Made by a program: the position numbers and the translations under genes. This document shows positions 7,068 to 13,840 of a DNA stretch of 14,295 nucleotides, piece after piece. Source of the DNA: a virus; IMG/VR virus record IMGVR_UViG_3300045988_149043, positions 1 to 14,295 of that record; one strand, given 5' to 3'. The notes below the pieces were generated by a model. That model was not told where the DNA came from. It made no database searches and saw nothing but the letters and a program-made list of their open reading frames with translations. Numbering within the stretch: position 1 is the stretch's first letter; each line of letters opens with the position of its first letter.

Positions 7068-7694
7068 TTATTTACCGACAATTTTAATAGTTTCGATCGG
7101 TTTATCATAAATATGAATATCTCCGCCAGTTACTACCTCGCCAGTATCGGGCGTAAAGAATCCAAAGCTGATACTTGTGTCGCTCTCGTCATATTTTGCA
7201 ACGGCGAGAGAGAGAATATAATGCAAGCGTTCGGCAATGCTGGTTTTAGCACAGTTGGCACCTTCAATGTATCGGGTGCCAGCATCCATGGGTTTGGTGA
7301 TAACATACAGATCCGCACCCAACCACACAAGATCGTTAATATTACGGTTTGCGCTTGCTGTGGTTTTGAGTTTTTCATCCGCAGGAGTAATTGCCAGTTT
7401 TACGTTTGCCCAGAGTTCGGAGAAGTTGCCAATTTTCGTCCAATATTTGGTGTTTTCAATCTCAACCCCAACGGGCACTGGTTGTACACTCAAATATCCA
7501 TCGCCGTTAGTGTCCAGAACTACACAGTTTTTAGGATACTGGCGTGTAATATCCCATTGCAACGGGTTTGCATAAGTGATTGAATTGAGTACAATAAAAT
7601 CAGCAATCGTTTTGTTTTGGTCTTTCAGAGTTTTCAAAATCCAATCAAGATTAAGATTGTGAAAATCACTGTACGGCCATTCTTCAGTAAACAT
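7068..7694 (-). CDS. Putative tail / receptor-binding structural protein (208 aa)
   Basis: I prefer ATG 7694 (SD-like GGCGGTG 5 nt upstream) to ATG 7712, which has an AT-rich upstream with no SD. The N-terminal NLNLDWIL...WDITRQY...YLSVQPVPVGVEIENTKYW pattern recalls N-terminal anchor domains of Firmicutes prophage tail fibres. That is recollection only. The gene lies in the tail module. Confidence 0.4.
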   Translation of the reverse strand: MFTEEWPYSDFHNLNLDWILKTLKDQNKTIADFIVLNSITYANPLQWDITRQYPKNCVVLDTNGDGYLSVQPVPVGVEIENTKYWTKIGNFSELWANVKLAITPADEKLKTTASANRNINDLVWLGADLYVITKPMDAGTRYIEGANCAKTSIAERLHYILSLAVAKYDESDTSISFGFFTPDTGEVVTGGDIHIYDKPIETIKIVGK

Positions 7695-7727
7695 CGTGTC
7701 ACCGCCTTTCATAATTATTATACATTA

Positions 7728-8339
7728 TTAGTACACCAAAATCAAGAACTGCTGCTTGAACTTATCAACTAGATACTCGTACATGTTCCAATCAGCAACA
7801 CGGCGTTCTTCTTCAATCATTTGCTGGGATGTGGTCACGCCGATATTGCCATGTACTCGCCCTGTGTGTTTTAACTCTTCGTTGCTGTTGCCCTCGCTGT
7901 TTCCAATTTGGGTGCTCTCGTTATTGCTGTCATTATCATTTTGACCGCTGGTAACAAGGTTGCCGCTGTCAAAACCTGCTGCCTTGCTAATATCGGTACT
8001 GTGATTTTTGCCGGTGCCAACGTCCTTACTTTGCACCTTGCTGTTAGTTTGGTTATTGTCTGTCCAGTCCTCCATCCGGTCATAGTTTTCAATCGGATTG
8101 TATTCGAGTTTGGTTGTATTCCACATTTTTGCCCAACTGTCCAGATGTGCGCTTGACCAAATGCCAATGACAAAGCGCATGGTGGCCGGGTTTGAGAAAA
8201 GCACTTCCATTTCCGCGGTTTCCATCAACAGGTTGTTAATGTATAACTGTTTATCCATGCCGTCCGGCAACACAAGCTCGTTAAAAATTGTGTTGTCGTA
8301 CTGGTACAGCCCTAACAGTGACAAGGTCGCTCTACTCAT
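7728..8339 (-). CDS. Putative lower collar / head-tail connector protein (203 aa)
   Basis: ATG 8339 overlaps the portal stop (ATGAGTAG, 8-nt overlap). The longer ORF to 8450 would run deep into the portal gene. The gene is immediately downstream of the portal, as phi29 gene 11 is. The central Asn/Ser/Gly-rich stretch could form an extended tube hairpin. The call is positional. Confidence 0.45.
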   Translation of the reverse strand: MSRATLSLLGLYQYDNTIFNELVLPDGMDKQLYINNLLMETAEMEVLFSNPATMRFVIGIWSSAHLDSWAKMWNTTKLEYNPIENYDRMEDWTDNNQTNSKVQSKDVGTGKNHSTDISKAAGFDSGNLVTSGQNDNDSNNESTQIGNSEGNSNEELKHTGRVHGNIGVTTSQQMIEEERRVADWNMYEYLVDKFKQQFLILVY

Positions 8340-9243
8340 CTTCGCCGCCCTCACTTTCCGCGCTGACTTGTGGCTTGTTGCGCCACTCAACACCAAGCTT
8401 AACGCCAAACATTTTGCTTGTCTGTGCAAAACTCTTTTGCAGCTGGTCAAGCCACAAGTCTGCTTTGCTGGTTACTTCAACGTTGTTCGCGTTGACCTCA
8501 TCGCTGATAAGGCGCTCTTTTTTGTCCGTGTTCGCGTTGGGAATACCAACATCCGTATCAAACATCATTTCCCACTTGCGCAGGTCCGCCAACGCATCCC
8601 CCGCAATATAATTTTGACCCACATTTTGCTGAAACGGTATCCAAGAGGGGTTGCCGCTCTGTACATCATACAATGCTGTATCGACAAATGTTGCAGGCTC
8701 ACCGCTTGCCACCCGGTCAAACAGTTTCTTTTGACTTTCTGCCGTGTTTTTATTTTTTCCAAAAAATACATAGGACAAGCGGCTGTTGACAAGGTTTACG
8801 CCTGCGGTCTCCGCGGTTAAGGCCATCATATCTGCGTAAAAACCCACCAAATCCATGACGCTGCCATAATCAGGTTGCAACTTGATAAGCGTGCATTGCG
8901 TGCCAATATCCAGACTGCGCAACCCCCTGAGCAGGGGATTTGTGACAAGGGCGCGTTTGGGCTGGTAAAAAATGTTGTACCCTTCAAGCCCGCATTGCTG
9001 TGGGATAACTCCGTATTTGTCGGTGTTAATCACAGCAATATAGCCGATGCCGTACAGGACATACAAAAAGTAGTCCCGATCCCATGTTTCGGGCAAATCC
9101 CACTTAAAAACAGACATTGCTTTTTGCAGCAGGTAGCGGGCAAAAAAGCGTTGCAGCTCTGTGTTTTTGGTGTGTACTGTGCTGGGGCTGTGCTGGCTTA
9201 CCTCTGCGTTGATATAATCATACATGTATGGAGCTGCCTGCAT
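8332..9243 (-). CDS. Portal (upper collar / connector) protein, phi29 gp10-like, 303 aa
   Basis: Several blocks align by eye with my memory of phi29 gp10 (309 aa). For example, [37 protein letters not shown] matches [45 protein letters not shown] matches FEWENLPPT, and both have an acidic C-terminal tail. The start overlaps the M23 gene stop (TAATG). Confidence 0.9.
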   Translation of the reverse strand: [303 protein letters not shown]

Positions 9244-9794
9244 TATTTACACCCCTCTTTCAATTTGAATAACAGCCACACCGGGATTGGTTTTTTCCCC
9301 GGCGTGGGCGGCTCTGGGCCTGGGCCGGGCGGGTTGTCTGCGCTCCATGTTACATCATACTTACCAACCGCGTTCGGGATGCCCAAAATCTGGGATGGAT
9401 CTTGACGGTATCGAGTAGAGCGACCGCCTACCCAATATTCCCAATGGGTATGCACACCGGTTGCGTTGCCGGTCTGACCCTGTGTGCCGATCAAGTCGCC
9501 CGCTTTGAGCACCTCTCCGACCTTATGTGTTTGCGCCTTAAAATGTGCAGCCAACCAATAACGCTTGTTGCCCATATCGACTACGATATAGTTACCCCAA
9601 CTGTCATTACCTGTTTTGCCGCCTTGCCAAGTGTGCGCCGTTACAATCGTCCCGGCCTGCGGTGCAAACGCCAAAAAATCAGTTGGATGCTTGGTGTCAA
9701 TGCCGCCGTGGTGAGAGCCGTCCGAATAATACGGGTATGCTGCGGTCACTGTGATTGTGCTTTCATCGGTAATACACTGCGGATAGCTTGCCAT
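9243..9794 (-). CDS. M23 (LytM-type) metallopeptidase, probable virion-associated peptidoglycan hydrolase (183 aa)
   Basis: SD AAGGAG is upstream of ATG 9794. M23 signatures are present: HHGGID (HxxxD) and GNATGVHTHWE (HxH). A Pro/Gly-rich linker PPGPGPEPPTPGKKP lies near the C-terminus. The gene is embedded between the tail-knob and portal genes; the phi29 gp13 C-terminal domain is also an M23 peptidase. Confidence 0.85.
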   Translation of the reverse strand: MASYPQCITDESTITVTAAYPYYSDGSHHGGIDTKHPTDFLAFAPQAGTIVTAHTWQGGKTGNDSWGNYIVVDMGNKRYWLAAHFKAQTHKVGEVLKAGDLIGTQGQTGNATGVHTHWEYWVGGRSTRYRQDPSQILGIPNAVGKYDVTWSADNPPGPGPEPPTPGKKPIPVWLLFKLKEGCK

Positions 9795-9809
9795 GTATAA
9801 TCAACTCCT

Positions 9810-11285
9810 TTACTCAAAATAAAAACCGTTGTTTAGATGTTCGCGGATTGCGCTAATTTCCATTGAGGTTGCCGGTGCAGAAAAATCACTGTCGGAACAC
9901 ATGATATAGCCGGACAAGCTGCCGATTTTGCGTTTTTCACATAACGGATACCCGCGATGCTCTGGGGCTTGGTCAACCAGATTCCAAAACTTGCATTGCA
10001 AATATGGAGTGATACCATATTCCGCAACGCCGCCCTGCCCACCTTTTGAAACACTTTCCGCGGTTGCCTGTTGTGCGCCACTCTGGATGCCGTTGCCAAT
10101 TGCTGCGGCATTTTGGCCTAAACCTAATGTGTCCGCGCCGTTAATCCAGTTATGCACTTTTTGAGTAATGTCCGCCGCTTGCTGGAAAAATGCCTGTGCG
10201 CCGCCGACTAACCCGCCAACGGTGGCCTGCACAACTCCGCTCTCGGTTGTAACCATGCTTGCGATCTGCCCGATCTGCGCCTGTACAGCGCAGCACCCGG
10301 AAAGAGTCTGGAAAGGTCTGTCTCCGTCTTTAAGCTGCAAGGTCATGTTGCCGGTATAGAGATCAAACACAATGCTGATTGTTAAGCTATCCATATTATA
10401 CAGCTTGCTTGCATCAATATCAATCAGCCCAAAACCCGGCATATATAATTTGTATTCGCTGTATGGTGCCGCACGCATAAATTTGTGTTTCGCGTCTGCC
10501 TGCTGGTGGCGCGGAATAGCAATGGTATGTTCCCACGTTACGCGATCATGATTTTCATCCAGCACAAAAAACCCTGTGCCAGCGTCAATTGACCACCAAC
10601 CAAGCGGTACGCTTGACAGGGGTTTAAGATCTGACGGCAAAACATTAACAGGCAGCCACATCAAGTATGATATATATTGTATAGGATTAAACAAGGCTTT
10701 GGATAGACTCGCGCTAATCTCGTTAGGGTCAATCTGCAAGTAGTCGGCGCTTGCAAGTAATTTTTGCGCAAAATTATACATTGCGCCCGGCGTACAAAGC
10801 AGCGTGGTGTTTGTGCCAAACTTGGCCTGATCTCCACCGGCCTGCACCGACATAACAAATGTGCCGCGCGAAAGTTGGTCTGTAAAAAGCCCGGTAATAT
10901 CCAGATGTGCTTGATTACACCCAGCCAATGTGGGGTATGTTGTATCAACAACATTTGGATTGACAGCGCTTGCAGCTCGCACAATATACTCTGTACTATT
11001 AGCTATCTCATTGCGCCAGCTTGCCAGAGGGTCAACGGTCATACTTGCATACCACATGCCCGCCGTCCATGTCCAGTTGTCAACAAAATAAAATCTGCCA
11101 AAATCGGGAATGTATGCATAGTTCCACGCGTGAGGGCTTTCTGTCTGCCCGAACGCTACAAAACCGATCTCCGGCGCTAACATGCTGCAAGATTCCCGCA
11201 ACTGACCCTGCACGCCTTTTGACGTGCCAGACGGGCGGGCGGTGCTGTTCAATTTTTTGGCAAATTGATATAGCGTGATATTCAA
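9810..11285 (-). CDS. Tail knob / distal tube protein, phi29 gp9-like (about 491 aa)
   Basis: The C-terminus HRGYPLCEKRKIGSLSGYIMCSDSDFSAPATSMEISAIREHLNNGFYFE matches, in pattern, phi29 gp9 HKYGYKINRVKKPNL...[33 protein letters not shown]. A Gly/Ala/Gln-rich segment precedes it, as in gp9. I prefer the TTG start at 11285 (SD GAGGTG 5 nt upstream). The upstream ATG 11318 and GTG 11327 lie inside the terminator hairpin. Confidence 0.75.
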   Translation of the reverse strand: MNITLYQFAKKLNSTARPSGTSKGVQGQLRESCSMLAPEIGFVAFGQTESPHAWNYAYIPDFGRFYFVDNWTWTAGMWYASMTVDPLASWRNEIANSTEYIVRAASAVNPNVVDTTYPTLAGCNQAHLDITGLFTDQLSRGTFVMSVQAGGDQAKFGTNTTLLCTPGAMYNFAQKLLASADYLQIDPNEISASLSKALFNPIQYISYLMWLPVNVLPSDLKPLSSVPLGWWSIDAGTGFFVLDENHDRVTWEHTIAIPRHQQADAKHKFMRAAPYSEYKLYMPGFGLIDIDASKLYNMDSLTISIVFDLYTGNMTLQLKDGDRPFQTLSGCCAVQAQIGQIASMVTTESGVVQATVGGLVGGAQAFFQQAADITQKVHNWINGADTLGLGQNAAAIGNGIQSGAQQATAESVSKGGQGGVAEYGITPYLQCKFWNLVDQAPEHRGYPLCEKRKIGSLSGYIMCSDSDFSAPATSMEISAIREHLNNGFYFE

Positions 11286-11300
11286 AATCTCACCTCTTTC

Positions 11301-11331
11301 AAAAATACCCCGTGCCATGACTGACACGGGG
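11301..11331 (-). terminator. Intrinsic terminator / attenuator after the major capsid gene
   Basis: On the - strand, stem CCCCGTG pairs with CACGGGG (plus-strand 11308-11314 and 11325-11331) with a 10-nt loop, followed by UAUUUUU (11307-11301). It lies between the capsid stop (11345) and the knob SD and start. Confidence 0.65.
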
Positions 11332-11344
11332 CTATTATTAAGAG

Positions 11345-12559
11345 TTAGTCAAGCAGCAACACAACGGCTTTTTCGGTATTGTCTTGGATGGTCTTGATGG
11401 TCGCATGCTCTGCGGTGTTCCAATAGCCACCGTCAATGTTGAGCGGGGTCGTTGCGCTCCACATGTTGGTATAGCAATAACCAAGTGCATCACGGTCATG
11501 CATGATGCCAAAAATACCAGCCTGTTCCACAGCTTTGGATGCCTTTTTGACCGCGCCTGCGGTGCTGGTGTATACCGGCGTGATGCTCACGCTGTCGGGG
11601 GTTTCGATGCTCTGCCAGAAATTGATACCCTCAAACTTGGCAAGTTTGAGGTAGTCATCGTGGAACGTGGTGGACAGCGCCATGGTGCGCATCTGCTCGT
11701 ATGCCTTGCTATACAGAGCCACGCGCAGGTCGCTGCCGCGGGTATGACGCAGAACGGGTTTTGCGTTAATGACGGTCTGGTACAGCTGGCTGCGCTCACC
11801 CATAAAACGGGCAATCACGTTGAGGCGGGCGTAAACCCAACGCATAAAGGGCGCGAAATTGTTGGGCTGATAAACGCTCTGCGCCGACAAGCTTAAACCG
11901 GTTTCGGCGTTGTACTCTGACAACAGATGCACAACGCGGGAATTCTGACCCTCGTCAAGGATTGCCGCAATAAAGTTCGCCTGCATGCCACGGGCAACCG
12001 CTTCACGATAAGATTCTTTATCATTGTTGCGCTCCGTCATGTTCATGGCGTTAAAGCGCATAAACTCATCAGCAGAGGACATAGCCAAATCAAACTGATC
12101 CTTAAACGTGGTATAGCGCTGCTGGTAGACTGCGGTGCCATAAAAGTTGGTCTGCAAGACTTCCTGCTTGCTGATTTTGTACATATCCACGCTTTCGCCG
12201 TTGCCAAGAGCGTTGGCGGCGTGATTTGTCGCATCATACGCGACAGGCCAAATAAAACGCTGGTCATCCTGCATCTTGGCAGCAATGGGGCTGATTTTGC
12301 GCAGTGCGTTGCCGTATCGCGGCAAATCCATTTCCAGACTGGTCAAGGGGCTTGTGTAGTCGCGCACGGCGTAAATAGACCTGCTCCAAATCTGCGACAG
12401 GGCGTTGATAATAGGGTCATACCCGGTTTTAAGGGCGGTCTGTGCAACCGAAACAAACTGTTCGGGGGTTGCAATATCCGTAATCACTTTCTGTCCGGTT
12501 GCCTGTTCAACGGCCTCGCCGAGGATAGTTGCGGCCTGGGAAATAGTCATATCATTCAC
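11345..12559 (-). CDS. Major capsid protein, phi29 gp8-like (HK97 fold inferred), 404 aa
   Basis: GTG 12559 follows GAGGTGTAAACC, the same SD and spacer that precede ATG 13281. The gene sits between the scaffold candidate and the tail knob, as in phi29. The C-terminal block LGYCYTNMW...GGYWNTAEHA resembles gp8 FMVYDN...GLYWNYYYHVW. No C-terminal Ig-like extension is visible. Confidence 0.8.
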   Translation of the reverse strand: MNDMTISQAATILGEAVEQATGQKVITDIATPEQFVSVAQTALKTGYDPIINALSQIWSRSIYAVRDYTSPLTSLEMDLPRYGNALRKISPIAAKMQDDQRFIWPVAYDATNHAANALGNGESVDMYKISKQEVLQTNFYGTAVYQQRYTTFKDQFDLAMSSADEFMRFNAMNMTERNNDKESYREAVARGMQANFIAAILDEGQNSRVVHLLSEYNAETGLSLSAQSVYQPNNFAPFMRWVYARLNVIARFMGERSQLYQTVINAKPVLRHTRGSDLRVALYSKAYEQMRTMALSTTFHDDYLKLAKFEGINFWQSIETPDSVSITPVYTSTAGAVKKASKAVEQAGIFGIMHDRDALGYCYTNMWSATTPLNIDGGYWNTAEHATIKTIQDNTEKAVVLLLD

Positions 12560-12569
12560 GGTTTACACC

Positions 12570-12914
12570 TCATTTCTGTTCAGCGGGTTTGGGCGGCAAG
12601 ATAATGCTTGCAAGCACTTCTTTTGCGGTCTGCGGCTTTGGCTGTTCGGTCGCCGCAATATTCATGGTTTTAATCTGCGCACCCAGTGCATTGATTGCGG
12701 CGATAATGCCGTCTGCATCCTGTGCAGGTGCAGCGGGTGCAGTGGGTGCAGCAGGTGCAGCGGGTGCAGCGGGTGCAGCAGGTGCAGCGAGTGCAGCAGG
12801 TGCAGCGAGTGCAGCAGGTGCAGCGGGTGCAGCATTGTCAAGAGTGACAAGTTTTGCGAGGTCGTCTTTGGTGTAGCCTGCACGGCACAGAGCAATAATA
12901 TCATCAATATTCAT
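12570..12914 (-). CDS. Putative scaffolding protein with an Ala-Pro repeat linker (114 aa)
   Basis: SD AGAGGTG is upstream of ATG 12914. The gene is immediately upstream of the capsid gene, as phi29 gene 7 is, and is small. The N-terminus IDDIIALCRAGYTKDDLAKL and the C-terminus look helical, separated by (AAP/AAL)n. The call is positional. Confidence 0.5.
   Translation of the reverse strand: MNIDDIIALCRAGYTKDDLAKLVTLDNAAPAAPAALAAPAALAAPAAPAAPAAPAAPTAPAAPAQDADGIIAAINALGAQIKTMNIAATEQPKPQTAKEVLASIILPPKPAEQK
12722..12835. repeat. Tandem 9-bp repeat (GTGCAGCRR on the + strand), about 12.5 copies
   Basis: Read directly: GTGCAG, then GTGCAGCGG, GTGCAGTGG, GTGCAGCAG, GTGCAGCGG (x2), GTGCAGCAG, GTGCAGCGA, GTGCAGCAG, GTGCAGCGA, GTGCAGCAG, GTGCAGCGG, GTGCAGCAT. 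It encodes AAPAAPAALAAPAALAAPAAPAAPAAPAAPTAPAAPA in the scaffold candidate. Confidence 0.95.
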
Positions 12915-12919
12915 GTGTA

Positions 12920-13129
12920 TTACACCTCTTTCAATACGGTTGTTTTGGCGGGGTCATTGATAAGTTTTACAAGCGTGTCTTTGTCGCCTGCCGTCATAGG
13001 GCCGCATACTGCGTTTTGATTGTAATTGTGGGTGTACTCGCTATAATAGCCGATACCCAAATGTTTACACTTGCTGTATACAATCCACGCCTGCGCGCTG
13101 GTAATGTCGGCATACATTACAACATACAT
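12920..13129 (-). CDS. Hypothetical late protein (69 aa)
   Basis: ATG 13129 overlaps the stop of the upstream 50-aa ORF (TAATG). It is tightly packed in the late operon. I recognised no motif. Confidence 0.5.
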   Translation of the reverse strand: MYVVMYADITSAQAWIVYSKCKHLGIGYYSEYTHNYNQNAVCGPMTAGDKDTLVKLINDPAKTTVLKEV

Positions 13130-13281
13130 TATGCATCACCGTCCGTTTTGCTCATGTGCTCGCAGAGTTTTACGATAGCAGCGGTATTTTCTTTGATAGT
13201 CGTGTTACTCTGCCACCACATCAGCAAAAACGCCGCAATCGGGAAACCCACCTGCTGGATAATAGTACTGATTTCTTCCAT
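13129..13281 (-). CDS. YvrJ-like small membrane protein (50 aa), possible holin-like or lysis-associated peptide
   Basis: This ORF is below the track's size cut-off; I translated it by hand as MEEISTIIQQVGFPIAAFLLMWWQSNTTIKENTAAIVKLCEHMSKTDGDA. SD GAGGTG lies 6 nt upstream of ATG 13281. It has one hydrophobic segment, and the pattern vGFPI(x)nLL...L resembles YvrJ-family proteins (recollection). It is the first gene of the late operon. Confidence 0.5.
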   Translation of the reverse strand: MEEISTIIQQVGFPIAAFLLMWWQSNTTIKENTAAIVKLCEHMSKTDGDA

Positions 13282-13318
13282 GGTTTACACCTCGCTTTCA
13301 GGGGGGCGGACGGAATAC

Positions 13319-13399
13319 AAAAAGCGGGAAAAGACTCTTGACCCGCTACAAGGTCGTGCGCCGGATTCCGTCCGTATAGCTCGCGCATCTTTTCCCGCT
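13319..13399 (-). ncRNA. Candidate promoter-proximal structured RNA of about 80 nt (pRNA-like three-way junction, or a terminator/attenuator)
   Basis: Folded by hand on the - strand:
- Terminal helix: 12 bp, AGCGGGAAAAGA (13399-13388) with UCUUUUCCCGCU (13334-13323), followed by UUUUGUAUU.
- Hairpin 1: UGCGC/GCGCA plus CGGA/UCCG, with a 5' bulge GAGCUAUA.
- Hairpin 2: GACC/GGUC with loop UUGUAGCG.
- The bulge GCUAUA is complementary to the loop UGUAGC. Confidence 0.35.
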
Positions 13400-13402
13400 C
13401 TT

Positions 13403-13431
13403 ATAGTATCATATTTACTTGTTGGTGTCAA
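13403..13431 (-). promoter_or_regulatory. Near-consensus sigma-70/sigma-A promoter upstream of the late operon
   Basis: On the - strand: TTGACA (13431-13426), a 17-nt spacer, then TACTAT (13408-13403), with an extended -10 TG at 13411-13410 (TGaTACTAT). The predicted start is around 13396-13399. Confidence 0.7.
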
Positions 13432-13433
13432 GG

Positions 13434-13616
13434 TTAAAAATAAAATTTCCACTCCATATTGGGATTGACTAGCAGTGTATCAAACTCATGTTTTGCGAGT
13501 GCATAAGGCAAGTTACCATATTCACCGTTATAAATGCAACGGTCGTCATCATACACGCGAATACTTGTTTTAGGCTGCATTGACAGACACGCCCGGTAAA
13601 AGTCACTAATTGTCAT
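13434..13616 (-). CDS. Small right-arm early protein (60 aa), paralog of the 295-543 ORF
   Basis: ATG 13616 overlaps the upstream ORF's stop (ATGA). MTISDFYRACLSMQPKTSIRVY...GEYGNLP parallels ITPLDFYRMCYTLSPDIMVSVY...GEFRSMP in the left-arm ORF. Confidence 0.6.
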   Translation of the reverse strand: MTISDFYRACLSMQPKTSIRVYDDDRCIYNGEYGNLPYALAKHEFDTLLVNPNMEWKFYF

Positions 13617-13756
13617 TTGTAGACCACTTCCATTTGGATTGACTCGTCAGAAATGCCCATAAAACACATATAATCATTTTGCGCGGTCATTGCTTCCAAC
13701 ATACTTGCGCCCGCATATACCTGTACATGATTAAGCATATCAATCACAAAAATCAT
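13613..13756 (-). CDS. Hypothetical small early protein (47 aa)
   Basis: Translated by hand as MIFVIDMLNHVQVYAGASMLEAMTAQNDYMCFMGISDESIQMEVVYK. SD GAGGAG lies 8 nt upstream of ATG 13756. Its stop is coupled (ATGA) to the next ORF. It is below the track's size cut-off. Confidence 0.45.
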   Translation of the reverse strand: MIFVIDMLNHVQVYAGASMLEAMTAQNDYMCFMGISDESIQMEVVYK

Positions 13757-13840
13757 CGTTGTTTACTCCTCTCAAAATATCAATCACAGCCCCAAGAACC
13801 CATAACAGATTGAGCATGTTTCAAACCATTCTTTCATGTT

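Noticed and set aside
8098-8820. 240-aa ORF on the + strand; also 7113-7583, 8875-9405, 9402-9800, 10764-11180, 11384-11896 and 11927-12604
   Set aside because: All are antisense to well-supported, tightly coupled late genes (portal, collar candidate, M23, knob, capsid). None has an RBS or a recognisable motif, and their compositions are Cys/Arg-rich.
11316-11327. ATG 11318 or GTG 11327 as the start of the tail-knob gene
   Set aside because: Both lie within the loop or stem of the post-capsid terminator hairpin and have no SD. TTG 11285 has GAGGTG 5 nt upstream.
12722-12835. Possible CRISPR-like or other regulatory repeat array
   Set aside because: The units are 9 bp, contiguous, have no spacers, and lie in frame inside a coding sequence. 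It is a coding low-complexity repeat.
12405-13019. Several long ORFs crossing the 9-bp repeat in other frames (12405-13019 +, 12589-12876 +, 12662-12907 -)
   Set aside because: The tandem 9-bp array has no stop codons in several of its reading frames, which inflates ORFs. Only the 12570-12914 frame has an SD, a sensible ATG and coupling to the capsid gene.
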